Part shown: piece after piece, positions 19,747 to 29,845 of the stretch
How positions within the stretch are numbered: the first letter of the stretch is position 1
Layout of the letters: the number at the start of each line of letters is the position of its first letter
Source: Trueperaceae bacterium
GTDB lineage: Bacteria > Deinococcota > Deinococci > Deinococcales > Trueperaceae
Length of the DNA stretch: 64,000 nt
Direction: 5' to 3'
Assembly: GCA_965214405.1 (NCBI GenBank)
Contig: OZ243956.1
Coordinates: 448,001-512,000 of the forward strand
The notes under the pieces: model-generated
Seen by the model: only the letters and a program-made list of their open reading frames with translations
Told to the model about the DNA's origin: nothing
Database searches by the model: none
Translations under genes and position numbers: made by a program

Positions 19747-20387
19747 CGGACTTTACGACTGGGTCTAAGCTAGTTTTGGCCCTGCCCAAAGGACGCGTGC
19801 TGAACGAGAGCCTGCGGGTCTTACGGGCGGCGGGGCTCTCGCTCGAGCTTTCCCCCCACAACCGGGCGCTCCGGCACGACGCGGGGGACGCGCACCTTAT
19901 TGAGATGCGCAACGCCGACGTGCCCACCTACGTCGAGCTGGGCGTGGCCGACGCGGGCGTGGTGGGTAAGGACGTGCTGCTCGAGGCCGCGCGCACCCTC
20001 TATGAACCCGTGGACTTGGGTTTCGCCGCCTGCCGCTTGTCGCTCATTCGCCCTTTGGGAGAGGCCGGGCCGGTGCGCCGGGTGGCGAGCAAGTACCCGC
20101 GCCTCACGCAGGATTATTTGCAACGGGTGGGCTCGAGCGCCGAGGTGGTCAAACTCTCGGGCAACGTCGAGCTGGCTTGCTTGACGGGTCTCGCCGACGC
20201 GGTGGTGGACGTGGTCGAAACGGGTGGCACGCTGCGCGCGAACGGGCTTGCCGAGGTTGAAGTCATTTTGCACGCGTCGGCGCGCTTCGTCGTTAACCGG
20301 GCCGCGCTCAAGCTCAAGGCGGAACGGCTGCGCCCGCTCATTACGGCCTTGCGCGAGGTGGTAAAGGCGGTCGAGCCCGCAGACTGA
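19743..20387 (+). CDS. hisG: ATP phosphoribosyltransferase, short form
   Basis: [44 protein letters not shown]. Confidence 0.95.
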   Translation: MTDFTTGSKLVLALPKGRVLNESLRVLRAAGLSLELSPHNRALRHDAGDAHLIEMRNADVPTYVELGVADAGVVGKDVLLEAARTLYEPVDLGFAACRLSLIRPLGEAGPVRRVASKYPRLTQDYLQRVGSSAEVVKLSGNVELACLTGLADAVVDVVETGGTLRANGLAEVEVILHASARFVVNRAALKLKAERLRPLITALREVVKAVEPAD

Positions 20388-20539
20388 GAGCTTGAGTGGA
20401 GCAGGAGGTATTAAAGGAAACTCTCCGTCCCCTGCCATACACGCATTCACACGCCCTGACAGAAAAAGGGGCGACAAACTATAAACCTCAGCCCTCTTTT
20501 TGCCTGACAATTATGGGTACTATCGCTCGAGGAGGAAAC

Positions 20540-21301
20540 ATGAAAAAACTGCTACTTTTGGCGGCGCTGCTTTTGGCGGCAAACGCTTTTGGACAAGACA
20601 TGGACCCGCCCCACTGGAGCTACAGCGGCGAGACGGGGCCTGAAGCTTGGGGTGAACTCGACGAGGCCTATCAGCTTTGCGCTCTGGGCACTGAGCAGTC
20701 GCCCATCGACCTTGTTGAGGCAAGCTTTACGCCAGAGGACCTTCAAGACATTGAATTTAATTACCAATCCTCGGCTCTGACGCTGACCAACAACGGGCAC
20801 ACCATCCAGGCCACCTACGACCCGGGCAGCAGCATGGTGTTGGACGGCGAAGCGTACGAACTCTTGCAGTTTCACTTTCACACGCCGAGCGAGCACGCGC
20901 TTAACGGAAACTTGTCGGGAGCCGAGCTCCACTTTGTCCATAGGAGGGTGGGCACCGAGGGAGAGTTGGCGGTGGTCGGCGTGCTGATTGAGGAGGGCGA
21001 GGAGAATAGCGCGCTCGCACCCGTGTTGGCGAACGCGCCCGAGGAGGGCGAGACGGAAACCTTTGGGGAGACGGTTGACGCCAACACCTTGCTGCCAGAA
21101 GGCCGCGTCACCTACCGCTACCCGGGCTCCTTGACCACGCCGCCCTGCTCTCAGGGCGTGAAGTGGAACGTGCTGGCCCAGCCTATTCAGATGTCCGCCG
21201 AGCAAATCCAAACGCTCTTCTCGATTATCGGCGAGAGCAACCGCCCCTTACAGCCGCTCGGCGACCGGGTGCTGTTAGAGGACTCGAGCACGGACGAGTA
21301 A
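20540..21301 (+). CDS. Secreted alpha-class carbonic anhydrase
   Basis: HWSY.G..GP..WG, QSPID, NNGHT, QFHFHTPSEH, ELHFVH, GSLTTPPC, NRPLQPL; start ATG 20540 after GGAGG with signal peptide. Confidence 0.93.
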   Translation: MKKLLLLAALLLAANAFGQDMDPPHWSYSGETGPEAWGELDEAYQLCALGTEQSPIDLVEASFTPEDLQDIEFNYQSSALTLTNNGHTIQATYDPGSSMVLDGEAYELLQFHFHTPSEHALNGNLSGAELHFVHRRVGTEGELAVVGVLIEEGEENSALAPVLANAPEEGETETFGETVDANTLLPEGRVTYRYPGSLTTPPCSQGVKWNVLAQPIQMSAEQIQTLFSIIGESNRPLQPLGDRVLLEDSSTDE

Positions 21302-21330
21302 AAACTCAAGTTTGCATAAGCAAGTCGCAC

Positions 21331-21364
21331 ACGGGCGGGGGTTTACATTCTCCCGCCCGTTTTG
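21331..21364 (+). terminator. Intrinsic terminator
   Basis: ACGGGCGGG...CCCGCCCGT followed by T tract. Confidence 0.8.
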
Positions 21365-21411
21365 TCGTGGTGGAGTGCAGCGCACTCGAGCCCCGCCCGC
21401 TATAGTAAAGT

Positions 21412-22863
21412 ATGAAAATTTTGTACCCCGTCTGGTTCCTTTTTGCAGGCCTGGCTTTTGCTGTGCCCGCGCCGCAACTTTTCGACACCGCCTGGGCCGA
21501 CCGCACGCCCTTTGAAAACGACCTCGTGGACCCGTCTGTGCTCAACGACAGCCTCTTCGACGGGGCCAGCGTCTACCACATCGCGTTCGACCTCACCGGC
21601 GACACCATCACGGGCGCGCAAGAAATCCTCTACACCAACCGCACCGGACAAACGCTTGGTGACCTCGTCTTGCATCTCTACCCCAACCTTTTGGGCAGCG
21701 CGCTGAGGGTCAACGAGCTGCGTTTGGACGGGACGACGGTTCCTTTTACGCTCGAGCGGTCCAACAGCATCCTCCGCGCGCCACTGCCAAAGGGGCTCGA
21801 GTCGGGCTCGAGCGTCGTCATCAGCACGGACTTTGCGCTCGACGTGACCAGGGACGTCCGCGAGAGCTATGGCCGTCTGGCGCGTTATAAAGGTTACGCG
21901 GACGTTCTCAGCCTCGCGCACGCCTACCCGACGGTGGCGGTTTTTGAGGACGGCGCGTGGGACACGCGCGTACCGCCCAGTCAAGGCGACCCTCTCTACG
22001 CCGAGACTGCGTTCTTCCTGGTCAAGGTGCGCGCGCCCGCCGCGCGGACGCTGGTGGCCTCGGGGGCGGCGGTGACGCGCGAGTTGGAGGGGAAAACGCA
22101 GGAGGTCGTGTTCGCGGCGGGGCCGGTGCGCGACTTTTATCTGGTGAGCGGCGACTACATAGAGCAGCACCTGAGTATAGGCGAGGTGACGATTCGCTCC
22201 TACGCGCCCGCCGATCTCACCGAGGGCTCGTGGCGCGGCCTTCAATACGCGCGTGACGCGGTTCAGACGTTTGAGGATGAGTTCGGCCCTTACCCCTACC
22301 GCGAACTCGACATAGTCGCGGTGCCCGTCACGGCGGGCGGCATCGAATTTCCGGGGATTTTCAACGTGTCGAACCCCTATTACGAACAGCCCGGCGGCTT
22401 TTTTGAGACCATCGTCGTCCACGAGACCGCGCACCAGTGGTTTTTTGGTCTGGTCGGCAACAACCAGCTCACCGAACCCTGGCTCGACGAAGCGCTCGCC
22501 CAGTACGCCACGCTGCGCTACTACGGCGCGGTGCGCGGCGAAGAGAGCGCGGACGCCTTTCGGCGTTACTTACAGGCTTCCTGGACGGCGGCCTTGCGGC
22601 GCGACATCCCCATCGGTCGCCCCGTCGACAGCTATTCGGAACTCACCTACAGCGCCATCGTCTACGGGCGCGGCCCGCTCTTTTTCGAGGCGTTGGCGGA
22701 CGAGGTGGGGCAGGAGACGCTTTCTGCAACGCTGCGCGACTACGTCCAGACCTACGCGTACCGCGTCGCCGACACGGAAGGTTTCAAAGACGTAGCCGAG
22801 GAGAACTGTGGCTGCGACCTTACCCCGCTTTTTGAGACCTGGATTTACGACACCTCACCCTGA
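21412..22863 (+). CDS. Secreted M1-family zinc metallopeptidase
   Basis: GGIEFP, HETAHQW...WLDEALA, VYGRG; signal peptide. Confidence 0.9.
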   Translation: MKILYPVWFLFAGLAFAVPAPQLFDTAWADRTPFENDLVDPSVLNDSLFDGASVYHIAFDLTGDTITGAQEILYTNRTGQTLGDLVLHLYPNLLGSALRVNELRLDGTTVPFTLERSNSILRAPLPKGLESGSSVVISTDFALDVTRDVRESYGRLARYKGYADVLSLAHAYPTVAVFEDGAWDTRVPPSQGDPLYAETAFFLVKVRAPAARTLVASGAAVTRELEGKTQEVVFAAGPVRDFYLVSGDYIEQHLSIGEVTIRSYAPADLTEGSWRGLQYARDAVQTFEDEFGPYPYRELDIVAVPVTAGGIEFPGIFNVSNPYYEQPGGFFETIVVHETAHQWFFGLVGNNQLTEPWLDEALAQYATLRYYGAVRGEESADAFRRYLQASWTAALRRDIPIGRPVDSYSELTYSAIVYGRGPLFFEALADEVGQETLSATLRDYVQTYAYRVADTEGFKDVAEENCGCDLTPLFETWIYDTSP

Positions 22864-23304
22864 TTAAGACACCCGCATCTCCGCCGCGATATAGCTCACC
22901 CTGACGACGGGCGACCCGGCGAGCCGCCGCAGCGTGGCGAGCTGGCCGATATGGGTTGCCACGTCGGTTAAGGGACCTTGAAGGATGCGCTCTAAACTTA
23001 GTGCCGCGTCCTCCCGAAGCTCTCCTCCGCCGAGGTCGGCGTCCACCAGGGCCAGCGCGTCCAAAAACCGCGCCTTTTCTTCCGCCCACGGCAGCGGCTC
23101 GAGGCGCTCCCGCTCAAACGCCACAAACTGCTCATGCACGAGCCCCACGAGCCCGGTCATGTGCTTGACGATGTCTCGAGGCGTACGCACCTCCGCTCCA
23201 GCCACAAAGTCACCGAAACTCGAGGGCGCGTCCTCGGTCACGTGCTGAAAACGAAAGGTCAGGCTCGCCACGAGGTGACGCAGCGTGTCTTGTACAGTAG
23301 TCAC
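22864..23304 (-). CDS. DinB/YfiT-like four-helix protein
   Basis: RTPRDIVKHM and THIGQLATLRR; start reassigned to GTG 23304 after AAGGAG. Confidence 0.7.
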   Translation of the reverse strand: MTTVQDTLRHLVASLTFRFQHVTEDAPSSFGDFVAGAEVRTPRDIVKHMTGLVGLVHEQFVAFERERLEPLPWAEEKARFLDALALVDADLGGGELREDAALSLERILQGPLTDVATHIGQLATLRRLAGSPVVRVSYIAAEMRVS

Positions 23305-23437
23305 GGAAGTCTCCTTTGGAAACTCGAAGATAAACCAGTCTACCGCAGGCGTTCTGCAAAGATTTTGGTGGTGCGGGGGCTCGAGAATGCGTGAGCAGGG
23401 CTTGCTATAGTAGCGAAGATACCGGAGGTCATGACTG

Positions 23438-23758
23438 GTGGCGTGGACATACATCGTACTAGCGGGACTTTGTGAAGTGGGTTGGGCTTTTGGGCTGAAA
23501 TATACCGAGGGCTTTACAAGACTCTGGCCCAGTTTGGCGACCGTAGCCGGGATGGTCGTGAGTTTTTATCTGCTCTCGCAGGCGCTTAAAACGATTCCCG
23601 TCGGCACGGGCTACGCGGTGTGGACGGGCATCGGCGCGGCGGGGACGGTGGTGCTGGGCATGGTGGTGTTGGGGGAACCGCGCGACATCCTCCGCCTCGT
23701 TTTCCTCGCGCTGATTTTGATTGGGATAGCCGGATTAAAGCTCGCGTCACCGGGATAG
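23438..23758 (+). CDS. sugE: SMR family transporter, SugE/Gdx-type
   Basis: WTYIVLAGLCEVGWAFGLKYTEGFTR, PVGTGYAVWTGIGAAGT. Confidence 0.85.
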   Translation: MAWTYIVLAGLCEVGWAFGLKYTEGFTRLWPSLATVAGMVVSFYLLSQALKTIPVGTGYAVWTGIGAAGTVVLGMVVLGEPRDILRLVFLALILIGIAGLKLASPG

Positions 23759-23769
23759 GGGGCGTTGGC

Positions 23770-24165
23770 GTGCTTTCCGTCTCACCCTTACCCGTACGTT
23801 TCGCCTGGGGAGAGGATTTCTGCTCCGCCGACGGCCTCCTCCGGCTCGAGGATCATGTGCTCGTGCTCGAGTACCGGGTGCGCGACATCATAGGCAATCC
23901 CGAGGGACCGACGCGCGAGCTGGCGCTGCCGCTTGTTGAGGTGGAGGCGCTCGAGTGGCGTCGCGGCCCCCTGGGCGGACTTTTCAGGAGCCACGTCATC
24001 TTGAGAGTGCGGCATTTGCGGGTGCTAGAGGGGCTACCGGGCGGCGAGGAAGGACGGCTCCGGTTCCGAGTACGCCGGGCGGACCGGGAGGAGGCGCGGG
24101 AGTTCGCCTCGCAGGCGCGGCTTGCGCTGTCGGGGCTGTGGTTGCGGGAGCTCGAGGGGGAGTAA
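23770..24165 (+). CDS. Hypothetical protein
   Basis: Open frame after sugE with typical codon use; start uncertain. Confidence 0.55.
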   Translation: MLSVSPLPVRFAWGEDFCSADGLLRLEDHVLVLEYRVRDIIGNPEGPTRELALPLVEVEALEWRRGPLGGLFRSHVILRVRHLRVLEGLPGGEEGRLRFRVRRADREEAREFASQARLALSGLWLRELEGE

Positions 24166-24170
24166 AGCAG

Positions 24171-24242
24171 GTAGGGGGGTGGGGAGATAGGGAGTAGAGG
24201 AGAATTTTTCCCCATCGCCCTTGCTCCCCATCTCCCCAACAC
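24171..24242. repeat. STRR-like purine/pyrimidine inverted repeat array
   Basis: GGTGGGGA GATAGGGA GTAGAGGA versus TCCCCATC...CTCCCCAT CTCCCCAA. Confidence 0.55.
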
Positions 24243-24296
24243 AAACGCGTTACCTCCCGCAACGGGCCGTCAACCAGAACTTGCTATAGTCAAAAG

Positions 24297-24617
24297 ATGG
24301 CAAAAGCGGGCTCCGACACGCTTACAAAGTCTCGAACACAGACCGAAACGCAGACCAAGACCAAAACCCCGCCCCTGTACCGGGTGCTCCTCTTAAACGA
24401 CGACTACACCCCGATGGACTTTGTGGTGGGGGTGCTCGAGCGTTTCTTCCGCAAAAACGAAGCGGAGGCCACACGCATCATGCTCAACGTCCACCAACAG
24501 GGCGTAGGTGTCTGCGGCGTCTACACCTTTGAGATTGCCGAGACGAAAGTTAACCAAGTTACAGTAAGCGCACGCGGGGCGGGCTATCCGCTGCGCTGCA
24601 CGCTGGAGCCTGCATGA
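24297..24617 (+). CDS. clpS: ATP-dependent Clp protease adaptor ClpS
   Basis: [41 protein letters not shown]. Confidence 0.96.
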   Translation: MAKAGSDTLTKSRTQTETQTKTKTPPLYRVLLLNDDYTPMDFVVGVLERFFRKNEAEATRIMLNVHQQGVGVCGVYTFEIAETKVNQVTVSARGAGYPLRCTLEPA

Positions 24618-26821
24618 TTTCCCAAACCCTCAAAGAGACGATTCACCGGGCGGTGAGTGCGGCGCGCGACGCCGGGCTCGAGTACGCGGGCGCGGAACAC
24701 CTGCTTCTCGCCCTGCTGGACGACCCCGACGCCGCGCCCGTGCTGAAACGCTGCGGGGTCGAGGTGAAAAGTCTGCGCGACGAGTTGGAGGAGGGGCTGG
24801 CGGGGCTCGAGTCCGTACCCGACGGCTTCGACGTCGCCACCACCGTCACCACCACCTTTGAACGCATCGTCCAGCGCGCCATCTACCAGATGCAGGCGGC
24901 GGGCCGCGAGGCAGCGAACGGGGCGCACGTGTTGGCTGCAATGTTTGACGAGCCGATGTCGGGGGCTTGTCAAGTGCTCGAGCGTTACGGTCTGTCCAAA
25001 CTCGACGTAACGAGCGTGCTGGCCGACGGCGTGGCGTCGGGCACGCAGGGGCGTCCGTCGCCGCTCGAGGCGGAACCTGAAGAACCAAATGCAAGCGAGC
25101 CTTTAGAAGCCTACTGCACCGACCTCACCGCGCAGGCCGAGGCGGGCGCGCTGGACCCGCTCATCGGTAGACAGCATGAACTCACGCGGATGTTGCAGGT
25201 ACTCTCGAGGCGGAGCAAGAACAATCCGCTGCTCGTGGGCGACCCTGGCGTGGGCAAAACGGCGTTGGTGGAGGGATTGGCGCAAAGGATGGTGGCGGGC
25301 GAGGTGCCCGAGGCGCTGCGGGGGGCGCGGCTCTACGCGCTCGACTTGGGAAGCCTGCTCGCGGGCACGCGCTACCGGGGCGATTTTGAGGAGCGGCTTA
25401 AGGGGGTATTGGGGGCGCTCGAGGCCAACCCCGCCATACTTTTTATCGACGAAATCCACACCGTTGTCGGCGCGGGCGCGGTCTCGGGCGGCACGATGGA
25501 CGCGTCCAATCTGCTCAAACCGGCGCTCGCCAAGGGCCTGCGCTGCATCGGCGCAACGACTTTTGAGGAGTATAAAGTCATAGAAAGAGACCGCGCGCTG
25601 AGCCGCCGCTTTGGCAAAATCGACGTGCTCGAGCCCTCCCCCGCCGAGGCCGTAAAAATTTTGCGGGGTTTAAGACCTAAGCTCGAGGCGCACTACGGGC
25701 TGCGCTACACCGACGGGGCCTTAGAAAGTGCGGTAACGCTCGCGGCGCGTCACCTTTCCGGGCGGCGGCTGCCGGACGCGGCCATCGACGTGTTAGACGA
25801 GGCGGGCGCGGCGCTCACGCTTGGGAGTAGAGACCGCAAACGCGTTGGGGTGGGAGATGTCGAGGCCACGGTCGCGTCTATCGCGCGTATACCGGCCAAA
25901 ACGGTCTCGAGCGACGACGCGGTGAAGCTCTCTCACCTCGAGGCCGACCTAGCCAACGTGGTGTTCGGCCAACCCAAGGCGGTGCGCGAGGTGGCGGACG
26001 CGGTCAAGCTCGCCCGCTCGGGGCTGCGGGACCCCCAGAAGCCCATCGGCGCGTTTCTCTTTTCCGGGCCAACGGGGGTGGGAAAAACGGAGCTTGCCAA
26101 AGGGCTCGCCTCGAATTTGGAAGCCCCCCTCTTGCGTTTCGACATGTCCGAATATATGGAAAAACACGCCGTCTCTCGCCTTATCGGCGCGCCGCCCGGC
26201 TACGTCGGCTTCGACCAGGGCGGCCTCCTCACCGACGCTGTCACCCGCAACCCGCACGCGGTTTTGCTCTTAGACGAAATCGAAAAGGCGCACCCGGACT
26301 TGTTTAATATCCTCTTGCAGGTGATGGATTACGGCAGGATGACCGACCACAACGGTAAAGAGGTGGACTTTCGCAACGTCGTCCTCATTATGACCACCAA
26401 CGCGGGCGCGGCGGAGGCGAGCGGCCCCGCGGTGGGCTTTACGGGCGGCAGCAAAACCTATGCGAGCGAGGAGGCGGTCAAAAGGCTCTTCACCCCCGAG
26501 TTCCGCGGGCGGCTCGACGCGGTGGTGCCATTCGCGCCCCTCGACAAGGGCGTCATGGCGCGCATCGTGGACAAGTTTGTTGGCGAGTTGGAGGCGCAGT
26601 TGCGTGAGCGCAAGGTGAGGCTCGAGGTGAGCCCCGAAGCTCGAGCCGAACTCGCCACCCGCGGCTTTGATACCCAGTACGGCGCGCGGCCTCTTGCTCG
26701 AGTGGTCCAGGAAACCCTCAAAAAGCCCCTCGCTGACGCGCTACTTTTTGGCGCGCTCAAGGGAGGCGGCGCGGTGCAGGTTGAGCTAGAAAATGGCGAA
26801 TTTCGGCTGAGGTACGTGTAG
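24614..26821 (+). CDS. clpA: ATP-dependent Clp protease ATP-binding subunit ClpA
   Basis: Two AAA+ modules GDPGVGKT and [22 protein letters not shown] loop; operon with clpS. Confidence 0.95.
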   Translation: MISQTLKETIHRAVSAARDAGLEYAGAEHLLLALLDDPDAAPVLKRCGVEVKSLRDELEEGLAGLESVPDGFDVATTVTTTFERIVQRAIYQMQAAGREAANGAHVLAAMFDEPMSGACQVLERYGLSKLDVTSVLADGVASGTQGRPSPLEAEPEEPNASEPLEAYCTDLTAQAEAGALDPLIGRQHELTRMLQVLSRRSKNNPLLVGDPGVGKTALVEGLAQRMVAGEVPEALRGARLYALDLGSLLAGTRYRGDFEERLKGVLGALEANPAILFIDEIHTVVGAGAVSGGTMDASNLLKPALAKGLRCIGATTFEEYKVIERDRALSRRFGKIDVLEPSPAEAVKILRGLRPKLEAHYGLRYTDGALESAVTLAARHLSGRRLPDAAIDVLDEAGAALTLGSRDRKRVGVGDVEATVASIARIPAKTVSSDDAVKLSHLEADLANVVFGQPKAVREVADAVKLARSGLRDPQKPIGAFLFSGPTGVGKTELAKGLASNLEAPLLRFDMSEYMEKHAVSRLIGAPPGYVGFDQGGLLTDAVTRNPHAVLLLDEIEKAHPDLFNILLQVMDYGRMTDHNGKEVDFRNVVLIMTTNAGAAEASGPAVGFTGGSKTYASEEAVKRLFTPEFRGRLDAVVPFAPLDKGVMARIVDKFVGELEAQLRERKVRLEVSPEARAELATRGFDTQYGARPLARVVQETLKKPLADALLFGALKGGGAVQVELENGEFRLRYV

Positions 26822-26824
26822 GGG

Positions 26825-27283
26825 CTACTCGAGTAGCCCCTCAAACTCCCCTAACATCTCGTCGGCACTCTCTTTGTTCCTGACGATGACCAAAATCGTG
26901 TTCTGCCCCGCGATGGTCCCCACGATTTCCTCGCGGTCGAGCTTGTCAATCACGTAGGCGATGCCCGTCGCGTGCCCCTCGTCGGTGTTGATGACGATGA
27001 TGTTGTCGCCCCGGTCGAGGGTGCGCACGAACAGTTTGAAGCGCTGCTGAAGCTCGCCCATCACGTCCTCTTGCGCGGCCAGCGGGGTCGAGCGGTAGCG
27101 GTGCTGGCCGTTGCCCGCGGGCAGCCGCACCAATCTGAGTTCGTTCACATCACGCGAAATGGTTGCCTGCGTCACCCTGATCCCGCGGTTGTGGAGGTGC
27201 TCGGCGATTTCGGACTGGGTCGAGACGAATTCGTTCTCGACGAGTTCTTCAATAAGGCGTTGTCGGTACTCTTTACTCGGCAT
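26825..27283 (-). CDS. argR: Arginine repressor
   Basis: VTQATISRD, IVGTIAG.NTI. Confidence 0.93.
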   Translation of the reverse strand: MPSKEYRQRLIEELVENEFVSTQSEIAEHLHNRGIRVTQATISRDVNELRLVRLPAGNGQHRYRSTPLAAQEDVMGELQQRFKLFVRTLDRGDNIIVINTDEGHATGIAYVIDKLDREEIVGTIAGQNTILVIVRNKESADEMLGEFEGLLE

Positions 27284-27319
27284 ATTTATACATTATACAC
27301 GTTTTCTTCTGTGTATGCA
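27279..27319 (-). promoter_or_regulatory. ARG-box-like operator overlapping the argR -10 (TATAAT) and start codon
   Basis: Minus strand TGTATAAATATGCC plus upstream TGCATA half site. Confidence 0.6.
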
Positions 27320-27425
27320 CAAGGGGTGACAACAGCTTCATCGTGGTTACTGTGTGAGTGGTTGCTGTGTGAGGTAGACTCGTTGGTAAAAAAGCTTTTT
27401 ACAGAAAGGTTGATTTTTGATCCCT

Positions 27426-28190
27426 ATGGATAATTTACGCACCTACCTAGATTTCGCCGCCGACACCGCCTATCACGCGGGCCGCCTTACGCTCGGCTAC
27501 TTCGGGCGGGGCATCCAACCCGATTTCAAAGCGGACGACTCCCCCGTGACCGTCGCCGACCGCGAGGCCGAGAAGCTTATTCGCGCGCGTATCGAGGCGC
27601 GCTTTCCTGAGCACACCGTCCTGGGTGAGGAGGGAGGCTTGGAGAGGGAGGGCTCGAGCCACCGCTGGATTGTCGACCCCATCGACGGCACAAAGTCGTT
27701 CATGCGCGGCGTGCCGCTCTACGGCGTGCTGATCGGGCTCGAGATTGAGGGCCACTGCGAGGTGGGCGCGGCCTATTTTCCGGCCTTGGACGAGATGGTC
27801 TGCGCCGCCTCGGGTGAAGGCTGTTACTGGAACGGGCGGCGCTGCTACGTGACCCAAACCGAAAGCCTCTCTCGCAGCATCGTCTCCTTCACCGACGCGG
27901 CGAGCTTTGCCGCGCACGGTCGCGCTGAGGCTTGGCAACGTATCCAGGCCGCCACCTACCACCGCGTGGGCTGGTCGGACGCCTACGGTCATATGCTCGT
28001 CGCCACCGGACGCTTGGAACTGATGCTCGACCCCGTCATGAACCCCTGGGACTGCGCGCCCTTTCCGCCTATTTTGCGCGAAGCGGGGGGCTACTTTGGC
28101 GACTGGTCGGGGTCGGAGACGATTTACGGCGGCGAGGCGTTGAGTACGACAAAGACGCTCCTGCCGGAGGTGCTGAAGCTTATCCCGTAA
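27426..28190 (+). CDS. hisN: Histidinol-phosphatase, inositol monophosphatase family
   Basis: KADDSPVTVADREAE, GEE, WIVDPIDGTKSF.RGVP, DAYG, PWD.A. Confidence 0.85.
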   Translation: MDNLRTYLDFAADTAYHAGRLTLGYFGRGIQPDFKADDSPVTVADREAEKLIRARIEARFPEHTVLGEEGGLEREGSSHRWIVDPIDGTKSFMRGVPLYGVLIGLEIEGHCEVGAAYFPALDEMVCAASGEGCYWNGRRCYVTQTESLSRSIVSFTDAASFAAHGRAEAWQRIQAATYHRVGWSDAYGHMLVATGRLELMLDPVMNPWDCAPFPPILREAGGYFGDWSGSETIYGGEALSTTKTLLPEVLKLIP

Positions 28191-28284
28191 AAGCCACCTT
28201 AATTTAGAAAGTGGGGCTTACGCTCCGAGTGGTGCGGACGGAGAAAACACGTACGCGTGCTAAAATCTTCTCACGGAGGTAGTT

Positions 28285-28929
28285 GTGAAGACGCTCGAGC
28301 AGCCCAATATCCGCCGCCTAACGATGAGCTACGAAGACTACCTTCACTATGGGGATGAGGGCACCCGTAGCGAGTGGGTGGGTGGGGAGGTTATCGTCTA
28401 CATGCCACCAAGAACGGAACATCAGCTCGTCCTCGCTTTTCTCGAGCGCCTACTCGCACTTTTTACCGACCTAAAAAGCTTAGGGAGTATCTACATTGCC
28501 CCTTTTGAGGTGAAACTTTGGGAAGGTGGTCCCTCGAGGGAGCCCGATATCTTTTTCGTTAGGAAAGATAAACGTGAGCAGCTCAGCTCCAAGCGTTTCA
28601 GCGGCGCGCCCGACTTAGCCGTCGAAATTATCTCGCCCGGCAGCCTCTATATTGACCGCAACGACAAGTTTAGGGAGTACGAGCGCGCAGGTGTGAGAGA
28701 GTATTGGATAGTCGACTCGAGGCCTGAACAAAAACGTGCCGACTTCTACCGACTTGATGATCAAGGACGTTACGCGCTGTTTGCGACTGAAGGGGATGAA
28801 AAAATCTCTTCAGAAGCGCTTGAAGCGTTCTGGCTACGCCCGAGTTGGTTATGGCAGGAGCCGCTGCCGAACCCTCTTGCTGCGTTAGCTGAGATCGTGG
28901 GTAAAGACGCGCTTATGGAGAGTTTATAG
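28285..28929 (+). CDS. Uma2 family PD-(D/E)xK endonuclease, copy 1
   Basis: EW..GEVI, REPDIFFV, APDLAVEIISP, K..EYERAGVREYWIVD. Confidence 0.88.
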   Translation: MKTLEQPNIRRLTMSYEDYLHYGDEGTRSEWVGGEVIVYMPPRTEHQLVLAFLERLLALFTDLKSLGSIYIAPFEVKLWEGGPSREPDIFFVRKDKREQLSSKRFSGAPDLAVEIISPGSLYIDRNDKFREYERAGVREYWIVDSRPEQKRADFYRLDDQGRYALFATEGDEKISSEALEAFWLRPSWLWQEPLPNPLAALAEIVGKDALMESL

Positions 28930-29008
28930 CTTCACTCATACGCAAGCAGATTAGAAGGATGGCGAAGCGTTTAGGCGTGCGTGCTAAAATCTCTTCACGG
29001 AGGTGCTT

Positions 29009-29653
29009 GTGAAAACGCTCGAGCAGCCCCATATTCACCGCCTGACGATGAGCTATGAGGCGTATCTAGCTTATGGAGACGACACCACCCGCACGGAGTG
29101 GGTTGACGGAGAGGTGATTGTCTACATGCCGCCACGCGACGAACACCAGCGAATTCTTGGGTTTCTACACATCTTGCTCAGTCTCTTTGTCGATTTGAAA
29201 GAACTTGGACGCACGCAGCTTGCCCCTTTCGAGGTGAAACTTTGGGAAGGCGGCCCTTCCAGGGAACCCGACCTCCTCTTTGCAAGCGAAGCGAAACGCG
29301 CAAACTTTAGCTCAAAGCGTTTTAGCGGCGCGCCCGACTTAGCCGTCGAAATTATCTCGCCCGGCAGCCTCTATATTGACCGCAACGACAAGTTTAGGGA
29401 GTACGAGCGTGCGGGCGTGCAGGAGTATTGGCTGGTGGACTCGAGGCCCGAACAAAAACGCGCCGACTTCTACCGGCTGGATGATGAAGGGCGCTACGCG
29501 CTCTTTGCGACTGAGGCTGACGACAAAGTCGCTTCAGAGGTCTTAGAGGCTTTTTGGTTGCGCCCGAGTTGGTTGTGGCAGGAGCCGCTGCCGAACCCTC
29601 TCGCTGCATTAGCTGAGATAGTGGGTAGAGATGCGCTGATAGAGAGCCTATAA
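29009..29653 (+). CDS. Uma2 family PD-(D/E)xK endonuclease, copy 2 (tandem paralog)
   Basis: Same motifs and same length as copy 1; upstream promoter/RBS also duplicated. Confidence 0.88.
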   Translation: MKTLEQPHIHRLTMSYEAYLAYGDDTTRTEWVDGEVIVYMPPRDEHQRILGFLHILLSLFVDLKELGRTQLAPFEVKLWEGGPSREPDLLFASEAKRANFSSKRFSGAPDLAVEIISPGSLYIDRNDKFREYERAGVQEYWLVDSRPEQKRADFYRLDDEGRYALFATEADDKVASEVLEAFWLRPSWLWQEPLPNPLAALAEIVGRDALIESL

Positions 29654-29678
29654 CGGTTTTCATAGCTACTGGGCGAAG

Positions 29679-29771
29679 TTTGGCAACTGGTCGGCTGAGG
29701 AGACGATTCACGGCGGTGAGGGCTTGAACACGACGCGGCGGCTCCTGCCGAAGGTGCTGAAGCTTATCTGA
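29679..29771 (+). pseudogene. Degenerate duplicate of the hisN 3' end
   Basis: Encodes FGNWSAEETIHGGEGLNTTRRLLPKVLKLI* versus hisN FGDWSGSETIYGGEALSTTKTLLPEVLKLIP*. Confidence 0.85.
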
Positions 29772-29845
29772 GTGGCGTCAGCACCTTGATTGAGTATTTG
29801 CTAGTCACTGCTCACGCCTGTAAGCAGCTCACTGTACAATGAGAC

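Noticed and set aside
23305..23437. Guanidine riboswitch upstream of sugE
   Set aside because: No twin ACGR-loop hairpins or class I/III features; a -10 element sits close to the start
27346..27373. GTT(A/G)CTGTGTGAG direct repeat between argR and hisN
   Set aside because: Only two copies and no assignable regulator
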